This document shows positions 35,531 through 47,187 of a DNA stretch of 64,000 nt, in pieces (the first letter of the stretch is position 1; every line of letters begins with the position of its first letter). The stretch comes from Camelus dromedarius. Taxonomy: Eukaryota. The stretch is taken from NCBI RefSeq assembly GCF_036321535.1, contig NC_087436.1:2356001-2420000 (forward strand), written 5' to 3'. The notes beneath the pieces were generated by a model. That model had not been told where the DNA came from. It was given only the letters and a program-made list of their open reading frames with translations, and did not search any database. A program made the position numbers and the translations under genes.

Positions 35531-38500
35531 GGTTTGAAATTCCTGCAGTTTTCACTGTAAAACCGAGTTGGTTCTAGTACCTCCCCATATATATTTATGG
35601 AGTGGAGTTGGCAAGTGAAAAGAAACTTTGTGTTCCCAACAAGCTAGGTGAAGAACGTCTTTCACACACACTTATTTCTTCAGAACTGAGCATGTGGAGA
35701 GACGTTCGTTCATCGAGCACAAAGGGAACGGTTTGCAGGAGAAACTTTTACTCTTTTCTCAGTTTGTTTCCTGTTGCCGGTTTGAAGTTTCTGCAGTTTT
35801 CACTGTACAACCGATTTGGTGCTAGTACCTCCCCATATATATGTATGGAGTGGAGTTTCAAGTGAAAAGAAACTTTGTGTTCCCAAGAGGCTAGGTGAAG
35901 GAGGGCTTTCACACACACTTATCTGTCTGAAATGAGCATGTGTAGAGAGCTTCGTTCATCTAGCACAAAGGGAACGGTTTGCAGGAGAAACTATTCTTTG
36001 TTTTCTCATTCTGTTTCTTACTGCCGGTTTGAAGTTCCTGCAGTTTTCACTGTAAAACCGAGTTGGAGCTAGTACCTCCCCATATATATGTATGGAGTTT
36101 AGTATGCAAGTGAAAAGAAACTTTGTGTTCCCAACAAGCTAGGTGAAGGACGGCTTTCACACACACTTATCTCTCTGAACTGAGCATGCGTAGAGAGCTT
36201 CGTTCATCTAGCACAATGTGAACGGATTGCAGGAGAAACTTTTTCTCTTATTTCCCAGTGTGTTTCCTGTTGCCGGTTTAAAGTTCCTGCATTTTCACTG
36301 TAAAACTGTGTTGGAGCTTGTACCTCCCCATATATATGTATGGAGTGGCGTTTGCAACTGAAAGGAACTTTGTGTTCCCAAGGAGCTAGTTGAAGGACGG
36401 CTTTAACCCACAATTATCTCTCAGAACTGAGCGTGAGGAGAGATGTTCGTTCAACTAGCACAAAAGGAACGGGTTGCAGGAGAAACTTTTACTCTGGTTT
36501 CTTAGTCTGTTTTCTAGTGCCGGTTTGAAGTTCCTGCAGTTTTCACTGTAAAACCGAGTTGGAGCTTGTACCTCCCCATATATATGTATGGATTGGAGTT
36601 TGCAAGGAAAAAAAACTTTGTGTTCCCAACAAGCTAGTTGAAGGAAGGCTTTCAAACACACATATCTCTCAGACCTGAGCATGTATAGAGACGTTCGTTC
36701 ATCTAGCACAAAGGGAACGTGTTGCAGGGGAATCTTTACTCTGGTTTCTCAGTGTGTTTCCTAGTGTAGGTTTGAATTTCCTGCAGTTTTCACTGTAAAA
36801 CCGAGTTGGAGCTAGTACCACCCCATATATATGTATGGATTTTAGTTTGCAATTGAAAAGAAACTTTGTGTTCACAACAAGCTAGTTGAAGGACGGCTTT
36901 CACACACACTTTTCCCTCAGAACTGAGCATGTGGAGAGACTTTCGTTCATCTAGCACAAAGGGAACGGGTTGCAGGAGAAACTTATACTCTGGTTTCTCA
37001 GTCTGTTTCCTGTTGCCGGTTTGAAGTTCCTGCAGTTTTCACAGTACAACCGAGTTGGTGCTAGTACTTCCCCATATATATGTATGGAGTGGAGTTTCAA
37101 CTGAAAAGAAACTTTGTGTTCCCAAGAGGCTAGGTGAAGGACGGCTTTCACACACACTTTTCTCTCTGAACTGACAATGTGTAGAGAGCTTCGTTCATCT
37201 AGCACAAAGGGAACGGTTTGCAGGAGAAACTTTTCTCTGTTTTCTCAGTCTGTTTCCTAGTGCCGTTTTGACGTTCCTGCAGTTTTCACTGTAAAACCGA
37301 GTTGGAGCTAGTACCTCCCCATATATATGTATGGAGTGGAGTTTGCAACTGAAAAGAAACTTGGTGTTCCCAACATGTTAGGTGAAGGTCGGCTTTCACA
37401 CTCAATTATCTCTCAGAACTGAGCAAGTGGAGAGACGTTCGTTCATCTAGCACAAATGGAACGGGTTGCAGGAGAAACTTTTTCTCTTGTTTCCCAGTCT
37501 GTTTCCTGTTGCCGGTTTAAAGTTCCTGCAGTTTTCACTGTAAATCCGTGTTGGAGTTAGTACCTCCCCATATATATGTATGGAGTGGTGTTTGAAACTG
37601 AAAGGAACATTGTGTCCCAAGAAGCTAGGTGAAGGATGGCTTTCACACACACTTATCTCTCAGAACTGAGCATGTGGAGAGACGTTCGTTCATCTAGCAC
37701 AAAGGGAACGGGTTGGAGGAGAAACTTTTACTCTGGTTTCTCAAGTCTGTTTCCTAGTGCCGGTTTGAAGTTCCTGCATTTCCACTGTAAAACCGAGTTG
37801 GAGCTTGTACCCCACCATATATATATATGGAGTGGAGTTTGCAAGTGAAAAGAAACTTTGTGTTCCCAACAAGCTAGGTTAAGGACGGCTTTCAAACAAA
37901 CTTATCCCTCAGAACTGAGCATGTGGAGAGAAGTTCGTTCATCTAGCAAAAAGGGAACGGGTTGCAGGAGAAACTTTACTCTGGTTTCTAAGTCTGTTTC
38001 CTAGTGCCAGTTTGAAGTTCCTGCAGATTTCACTGTAAAACCGAGTTGGAGCTAGTACCTCCCCATATATATGTATGGAGTTTAGTATGCAAGTGAAAAG
38101 AAACTTTGTGTTTCCAACAAGCTAGGTGAAGGACGGCTTTCACATACACTTATCTCTCTGAACTGAGCATGCGTAGAGAGCTTCGTTCATCTAGCACAAA
38201 GGGAACGGTTTGCAGGAGAAACTTTTCACTGTTTTCTCAGTCTGTTTCCTAATGCCGGTTTGAAGTTACTGCAGTTTTCACTGTAAAACCGATTTGGAGC
38301 TAGTACCTCCCCATATATATGTATGGAGTGGAGTTTGCAACTGAAAAGAAACTTTGTGTTCCCAACAAGCTAGGTGAAGGACGGCTTTCACACACACTTA
38401 TCCCTCAGAACTGAGCATGTGGAGAGACTTTCGTTAACCTAGCACAAAGGGAACGAGTTGCAGGAGAAACTTTTACTCTGGATTCTCAGTCTGTTTCCTG

Positions 38501-41500
38501 TTGCCGGTTTGAAGTTCCTGCAGTTTTCACCGTACAACCGAGTTGGTGCTAGTACTTCCCCATATATATGTATGGAGTGGAGTTTCAACTGAAAAGAAAC
38601 TTTGTGTTCCCAAGAGGCTAGGTGAAGGACGGCTTTCACACACACTTTTCTCTCTGAACTGACAATGTGTAGAGAGCTTCGTTCATCTAGCACAAAGGGA
38701 ACGGTTTGCAGGAGAAACTTTTCTCTGTTTTCTCAGTCTGTTTCCTAGTGCCGGTTTGAAGTTCCTGCAGTTTTCACTGTAAAACCGAGTTGGAGCTAGT
38801 ACCTCCCCATATATATGTATGGAGTGGAGTTTGCAACTGAAAAGAAACTTTGTGTTCCCAACAAGCTAGGTGAAGGTCGGCTTTCACACACAATTATCTC
38901 TCAGAACTGAGCAAGTGGAGAGACGTTCGTTCATCTAGCACAAATGGAACGGGTTGCTGGAGAAAATTTTTCTCTTGTTTCCCAGTGTGTTTCCTGTTGC
39001 CGGTTTAAAGTTCCTACATTTTCACTGCAAAAACGCGTTGGAGTTATTACCTCCCCATATATATGTATGGAGTGGAGTTTGCAAGTGAAAAGAAACTTTG
39101 TGTTCCCAACAAGCTAGGTGAAGTACGGCTTTCAAACACACATATCTCTCAGAAATGAGCATGAATAGAGACGTTCGTTCATCTAGCACAAAGGTAACGG
39201 GTTGCAGGTGAAACTTTACTCTGGTTTCTCAGTCTGTTTCCTAGTGTCGGTTTGAAGTTCCTGCAGTTTTCACTGTCAAATCGAGTTGGAGCTAGTACCT
39301 CCCCATATATATGTATGGAGTGGAGTTTGCAACTGAAAAGAAACTTTGTGTTCACAACAAGCTAGGTGAAGGACGGCATTCACACACAATTATCTCTCAG
39401 AACTGAGCAAGTGGAGAGACGTTCGTTCATCTAGCACAAAGGGAACGGGTTGCAGGAGAAACTTTTTCTCTTGTTTCCCAGTCTGTTTCCTGTTGCCGGT
39501 TTAAAGTTCCTGCATTTTCACTGTAAAAACGAGTTGGAGCTAGTACCTCCCCATATATATGTATGGAGTGGCATTTGCAACTTAAAGGAACTTTGTGTTC
39601 CCAAGGAGCTAGGTGAAGGACGGCTTTAACACACACTTATCTCTCAGAAGTGAGCATGAGGGAGATGTTCGTTCAACTAGCACAAAGGGAACTGGTGCAG
39701 GAGAAACTTTTACTCTGGTTTCTCAGTCTGTTTCCTAGTGCAGGTTTGAAATTCCTGCAGTTTTCACTGTAAAACCGAGTTGGTTCTAGTACCTCCCCAT
39801 ATATATTTATGGAGTGGAGTTGGCAAGTGAAAAGAAACTTTGTGTTCCCAACAAGCTAGGTGAAGAACGTCTTTCACACACACTTATTTCTTCAGAACTG
39901 AGCATGTGGAGAGACGTTCGCTCATCGAGCACAAAGGGAACGGTTTGCAGGAGAAACTTTTACTCTTTTCTCAGTCTGTTTCCTGTTGCCGGTTTGAAGT
40001 TTCTGCAGTTTTCACTGTACAACCGATTTGGTGCTAGTACCTCCCCATATATATGTATGGAGTGGAGTTTCAAGTGAAAAGAAACTTTGTGTTCCCAAGA
40101 GGCTAGGTGAAGGAGGGCTTTCACACACACTTATCTCTCTGAAATGAGCATGTGTAGAGAGCTTCGTTCATCTAGCACAAAGGGAACGGTTTGCAGGAGA
40201 AACTATTCTTTGTTTTCTCATTCTGTTTCTTACTGCCGGTTTGAAGTTCATGCAGTTTTCACTGTAAAAACGAGTTGGAGCTAGTAACTCCCCATATATA
40301 TGTATGGAGTTTAGTATGCAAGTGAAAAGAAACTTTGTGTTCCCAACAAGCTAGGTGAAGGACGGCTTTCACACACACTTATCTCTCTGAACTGAGCATG
40401 CGTAGAGAGCTTCGTTCATCTAGCACAAAGTGAATGGATTGCAGGAGAAACTTTTTCTCTTATTTCCCAGTGTGTTTCCTGTTGCCGGTTTAAAGTTCCT
40501 GCATTTTCACTGTAAAACTGTGTTGGAGCTTGTACCTCCCCATATATATATATGGAGTGGCGTTTGCAACTGAAAGGAACTTTGTGTTCCCAAGGAGCTA
40601 GTTGAAGGACGGCTTTAACCCACAATTATCTCTCAGAACTGAGCATGAGGAGAGATGTTCGTTCAACTAGCACAAAAGGAACGGGTTGCAGGAGAAACTT
40701 TTACTCTGGTTTCTCAGTCTGTTTCCTAGTGCCGGTTTGAAGTTCCTGCAGTTTTCACTGTAAAACCGAGTTGGAGCTTGTACCTCCCCATATATATGTA
40801 TGGATTGGAGTTTGCAAGAGAAAAGAAACTTTGTGTTCCCAACAAGCTAGTTGAAGGAAGGCTTTCAAACACACATATCTCTCAGAACTGAGCATGTATA
40901 GAGACGTTCGTTCATCTAGCACAAAGGGAACGTGTTGCAGGGGAATCTTTACTCTGGTTTCTCAGTCTGTTTCCTAGTGTCGGTTTGAAGTTCCTGCAGT
41001 TTTCACTTTAAAACCGAGTTGGAGCTAGTACCACCCCATATATATGTATGGATTTTAGTTTGCAATTGAAAAGAAACTTTGTGTTCACAACAAGCTAGTT
41101 GAAGGACGGCTTTCACACACACTTATCTCTCAGAACTGAGCATGTGGAGAGACTTTCGTTCATCTAGCACAAAGGGAACGGTTTGCAGGAGAAACTTTTC
41201 TCTGTTTTCTCAGTCTGTTTCCTAGTGCCGTTTTGACGTTCCTGCAGTTTTCACTGTAAAACCGAGTTGGAGCTAGTACCTCCCCATATATATGTATGGA
41301 GTGGAGTTTGCAACTGAAAAGAAACTTGGTGTTCCCAACATGATAGGTGAAGGTCGACTTTCACACACAATTATCTCTCAGAACTGAGCAAGTGGAGAGA
41401 CGTTCGTTCATCTAGCACAAATGGAACGGGTTGCAGGAGAAACTTTTTCTCTTGTTTCCCAGTCTGTTTCCTGTTGCCGGTTTAAAGTTCCTGCAGTTTT

Positions 41501-43465
41501 CACTGTAAATCCGTGTTGGAGTTAGTACCTCCCCATATATATGTATGGAGTGGTGTTTGAAACTGAAAGGAACATTGTGTCCCAAGAAGCTAGGTGAAGG
41601 ATGGCTTTCACACACACTTATCTCTCAGAACTGAGCATGTGGAGAGACGTTCGTTCATCTAGCACAAAGGGAACGGGTTGGAGGAGAAACTTTTACTCTG
41701 GTTTCTCAAGTCTGTTTCCAAGTGCCGGTTTGAAGTTCCTGCATTTCCACTGTAAAACCGAGTTTGAGCTTGTACCCCACAATATATATATATGGAGTGG
41801 AGTTTGCAAGTGAAAAGAAACTTTGTGTTCCCAACAAGCTAGATTAAGGACGGCTTTCAAACAAACTTATCCCTCAGAACTGAGCATGTGGAGAGAATTT
41901 CGTTCATCTAGCAAAAAGGGAACGGGTTGCAGGAGAAACTTTACTCTGGTTTCTAAGTCTGTTTCCTAGTGCCAGTTTGAAGTTCCTGCAGATTTCACTG
42001 TAAAACCGAGTTGGAGCTAGTACCTCCCCATATATATGTATGGAGTTTAGTATGCAAGTGAAAAGAAACTTTGTGTTTCCAACAAGCTAGGTGAAGGACG
42101 GCTTTCACATACACTTATCTCTCTGAACTGAGCATGCGTAGAGAGCTTCGTTCATCTAGCACAAAGGGAACGGTTTGCAGGAGAAACTTTTCTCTGTTTT
42201 CTCAGTCTGTTTCCTAGTGCCGGTTTGAAGTTACTGCAGTTTTCACTGTAAAACCGATTTGGAGCTAGTACCTCCCCATATATATGTATGGAGTGGAGTT
42301 TGCAACTGAAAAGAAACTTTGTGTTCCCAACAAGCTAGGTGAAGGACGGCTTTCACACACACTTATCCCTCAGAACTGAGCATGTTGAGAGACTTTCGTT
42401 AACCTAGCACAAAGGGAACGGGTTGCAGGAGAAACTTTTACTCTGGATTCTCAGTCTGTTTCCTGTTGCCGGTTTGAAGTTCCTGCAGTTTTCACCGTAC
42501 AACCGAGTTGGTGCTAGTACTTCCCCATATATATGTATGGAGTGGAGTTTCAACTGAAAAGAAACTTTGTGTTCCCAACAAGCTAGGTGAAGGTCGGCTT
42601 TCACACACAATTATCTCTCAGAACTGAGCAAGTGGAGAGACGTTCGTTCATCTAGCACAAATGGAACGGGTTGCAGGAGAAAATTTTTCTCTTGTTTCCC
42701 AGTGTGTTTCCTGTTGCCGGTTTAAAGTTCCTACATTTTCACTGCAAAAACGCGTTGGAGATATTACCTCCCCATATATATGTATGGAGTGGAGTTTGCA
42801 AGTGAAAAGAAACTTTGTGTTCCCAACAAGCTAGGTGAAGTACGGCTTTCAAACACACATATCTCTCAGAAATGAGCATGTATAGAGACGTTCGTTCATC
42901 TAGCACAAAGGTAACGGGTTGCAGGTGAAACTTTACTCTGGTTTCTCAGTCTGTTTCCTAGTGTCGGTTTGAAGTTCCTGCAGTTTTCACTGTCAAATCG
43001 AGTTGGAGCTAGTACCTCCCCATATATATGTATGGAGTGGAGTTTGCAACTGAAAAGAAACTTTGTGTTCACAACAAGCTAGGTGAAGGACGGCATTCAC
43101 ACACAATTATCTCTCAGAACTGAGCAAGTGGAGAGACGTTCGTTCATCTAGCACAAAGGGAACGGGTTGCAGGAGAAACTTTTTCTCTTGTTTCCCAGTC
43201 TGTTTCCTGTTGCCGGTTTAAAGTTCCTGCATTTTCACTGTAAAAACGAGTTGGAGCTAGTACCTCCCCATATATATGTATGGAGTGGCATTTGCAACTT
43301 AAAGGAACTTTGTGTTCCCAAGGAGCTAGGTGAAGGACGGCTTTAACACACACTTATCTCTCAGAAGTGAGCATGAGGGAGATGTTCGTTCAACTAGCAC
43401 AAAGGGAACGGGTGCAGGAGAAACTTTTACTCTGGTTTCTCAGTCTTTTTCCTAGTGCAGGTTTG
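35531..43465. repeat. Older 17-monomer duplication whose second copy is two monomers shorter (offsets 4212, 3965, 3717 bp)
   Basis: ORF pairs 35602/39814 and 36204/40416 (4212), 37447/41412 and 38439/42404 (3965), 39427/43144 (3717). The copies differ at many scattered substitutions. Confidence 0.87.
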
Positions 43466-46400
43466 AAGTTCCTGCAGTTTTCACTGAAAAATCGTGTTGG
43501 AGCTTGTAGCTCCCCATATATATGTATGGAGTGGAGTTTGTAAGTGAAAAGAAACTTTGTGTTCCCAACAAGCTTGGTGAAGGACGGCTTTCACACACAA
43601 TTATATCTCAGAACTGAGCAAGTGGAGAGACGTTCGTTCATCTAGCACAAATGGAACTGTTTGCAGGAGAAACTTTTTCTCTGGTTTCTCAGTCTGTTTC
43701 CTGTTGCCGGTTTAAATTTCCTGCAGTTTTCACTGTAAAACCGAGTTGGAGCTTGTACCTCCCCAAATATATATATGGAGTGGGGTTTGCAATTGAAAAG
43801 AACCTTTGTGTTCCCAAAAAGCTAGTTGAAGTACGGCTTTCAAACACACTTATCTCTCAGTACTGAGCATGTGGAGAGACGTTCGTTCATCTAGCAAAAA
43901 AGGAACGGGTTGCAGGAGAAACTTTACTCTGGTTTCTAAGTCTGTTTCCTAGTGCCAGTTTGAAGTTCCTGCAGTTTTCACTGTACAACAGAGTTGGTGC
44001 TAGTACTTCCCCATATATATGTATGGAGTGGAGTTTCAACTGAAAAGAAACTTTGTGTTCCCAAGAGGCCAGGTGAAGGACGGCTTTCACACACACTTAT
44101 CTCTCTGAGCTGACAATGTGTAGAGAGCTTCGTTCATCTAGCACAAAGGGAACGGTTTGCAGGAGAAACTTTTCTCTGTTTTCTCAGTCTGTTTCCTAGT
44201 GCCGGTTTGAAATTTCTGCAGTTTTCACTGTAAAACCGAGTTGGATCTAGTACCTCCCCATATATATGTATGGAGTGGAGTTTGCATCTGAAAAGAAACT
44301 TTGTGTTCCCGACAAGCTAGGTGAAGGACGGCTTTCACACCTAATTATCTCTCAGAACTGAGCAAGTGGAGAGACGTTCGTTCATCTAGCACGAAGGGAA
44401 CTGTTTGCAGGAGTAACTTTTTCTCTGGTTTCTCAGTCTGTTTCCTGTTGTCGGTTTAAAGTTCCCTCAGTTTTCACTGTAAAACCGAGTTGGAGCTTGT
44501 ACCTCACCAAATATATATATGGAGCGGAATTTGCAAGGTAAAAGAAACTTTGTGTTCCCAAAAAGCTAGTTGAAGGACGGCTTTCACACACACTTATCTC
44601 TGAGAACTTCGCATGTGGAGAGACATTCGTTCATCTAGTACAAATGGAACGGGTTGCAGGTGAAACTTTTTCTCTGGTTTCTCAGTCTGTTTCCTGTTGT
44701 CGGTTTAAAGTTCCCTCAGTTTTCACTGTAAAACCGAGTTGGAGCTTGTACCTCCCCATATATATGTATGGAGTGGAGTTTGTAAGTGAAAAGAAACTTT
44801 GTGTTCCCAACAATCTAGGTGAAGGACGGCTTTCACACACACTTATCTTTCAGAAATTACCATGTGGAGAGACGATCGTTCATCTAGTACAAAGGGAACG
44901 GGTTGCATGTGAAACTTTTTCTCTGGTTTCTCAGTCTGTTTCCTGTTGCCGGTTTAAAGTTCCTGCAGTTTTCACTGTAAAACCGAGTTGGAGCTTGTAC
45001 CTCCCCATATATATGTATGGAGTGGAGTTTGCAAGTGAAAAGAAAATTTGTGTTCCCAACAAGCTAGGTGAAGGACGGCTTCAAACACACATATCTCAGA
45101 AATGAGCATGTATAGAGACGTTCGTTCATCTAGCACAAAGGGAACGGGTTGCAGGAGAAACTTTTCTCATTTTTCTCAGTCTGTTTCCTAGTGCCGTTTT
45201 GAATTTCCTGCAGTTATCACTGTAAAACCAAGTTGGAGCTAGTACTTCCCCATATATATGTATAGAGTGGAGTTTGCAAGTGAAAAGAAACTTTGTGTTC
45301 CCTACAAGCTAGGTGAAGGACGGCTTTCAAACACACATATCTCAGAACTGAGCATGTATAGAAACGTTCGTTCATCTAGCACAAAGGGAACGGGTTGCAG
45401 GAGAAACTTTACTCTGGTTTCTCAGTCTGTTTCCTAGTGTCGGTTGAAGTTCCTGCAGTTTTCACTGTAAAATCAAGTTGGAGCTAGTACCACCCCATAT
45501 ATATGTATGGAGTTTAGTTTGCAATTGAAAAGAAACTTTGTGTTCACAACAAGCTAGGTGAAGGACGGCTTTCACACAAACTTATCCCTCAGAACTGAGC
45601 ATGTGGAGAGACTTTCATTCATCTAGCACAAAGGGAACGGGTTGCAGGAGAAACTTTTACTCTGGTTTCTCAGTCTGTTTCCTGTTGCCGGTTTGAAGTT
45701 CCTGCAGATTTCACTGTACAACCTAGTTGGTGCTAGTACTTCCCCATATATATGTATGGAGTTGAGTTTCAACTGAAAAGAAACTTTGTTTTCCCAAGAG
45801 GCTAGGTGAAGGACGGCTTTCACACACACTTTTCTCTCTGAACTGACAATGTGTAGAGAGCTTCGTTCATCTAGCACAAAGGGAACGGTTTGCAGGAGAA
45901 ACTATTCTCTGTTTTCTCAGTCTGTTTCCTAGTGCCGGTTTGAAGTTCCTGCAGTTTTCACTGTAAAACCGAGTTCGAGCTAGTACCCCCCCATATATAT
46001 GTATGGAGTGGAGTTTGCAACTGTAAAGAAACTTTGTGTTCACAACAAGCTAGTTGAAGTACGGCATTCACACACAATTATCTCTCAGAACTGAGCAAGT
46101 GGAGAGACGTTCGTTCATCTAGCAAAAAGGGAACGGGTTGCAGGAGAAACTTGTTCCCTTGTTTCCCAGTCTGTTTCCTGTTGCCTGTTTAAAGTTCCTG
46201 CATTTTCACTGTAAAAACTAGTTGGAGCTAGTACCTCCCCATATATATGTATGGAGTGGCATTTGCAACTGAAAGGAACTTTGTGTTCCCAAGGAGCTAG
46301 GTGAAGGACGGCTTTAACACACACTTATCTCTCAGAATTGAGCATGAGGGAGATGTTCGTTCAACTAGCACAAAGGGAACGGGTTGCAGGAGGAACTTTT

Positions 46401-47187
46401 ACTCTGGTTTCTCAGTCTGTTTCCTAGTGCAGGTTTGAAGTTCCTGCAGTTTTCACTGTAAAACCGTGTTGGAGCTTGTACCTCCCCATATATATGTATG
46501 GAGTGGAGTTTGTAAGTGAAAAGAAACTTTGTGTTCCCAACAATCTAGGTGAAGGAAGGCTTTCACACACACTTATCTTTCAGAACTTACCATGTGGAGA
46601 GACGTTCGTTCATCTAGTACAAAGGGAACGGGTTGCATGTGAAACTTTTTCTCTGGTTTCTCAGTCTGTTTCCTGTTGCCGGTTTAAAGTACCTGCAGTT
46701 TTCACTGTAAAACCGAGTTGGAGCTTGTACCTCCCCATATATATGTATGGAGTGGAGTTTGCAAGTGAAAAGAAACTTTGTGTTCCCAACAAGCTAGGTG
46801 AAGGACGGCTTTCACACACACTTATCTCTGAGAACTGAGCATGTGGAGAGATGTTCGTTCATCTAGCACAAAGGGAACTGGTTGCAGGGGAAATTTTTTT
46901 GTGGTTTCTCAGTCTGTTCCTGTTGCCGGTTTAAAGTTCCTGCATTTTTCACTGTAAAACCGAGTTGGAGTTAGTACGTCCCCATATATATGTATGGAGA
47001 TTAGTTTGCAAGTGAAAAGTAACTTTGAGTTCCCAACAAGCTAGGTGAAGAACGTCTTCACACACACTTATCTCTCAGAACTGAGCATGTGGAGAGACGT
47101 TCGTTTATCGAGCACAAAGGGAACGGTTTGCAGGAGAAACTTTTACTCTTTTCTCAGTCTGTTTCCTGTTGCCGGTTTGAAGTTTCT

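Noticed and set aside
44644..45105. Longest ORF (153 aa; related 120 aa ORF at 46476-46838) as a repeat protein
   Set aside because: It is read-through across two monomers after a chance loss of the TGA in AACTGAGC, and the peptide just repeats the monomer translation.
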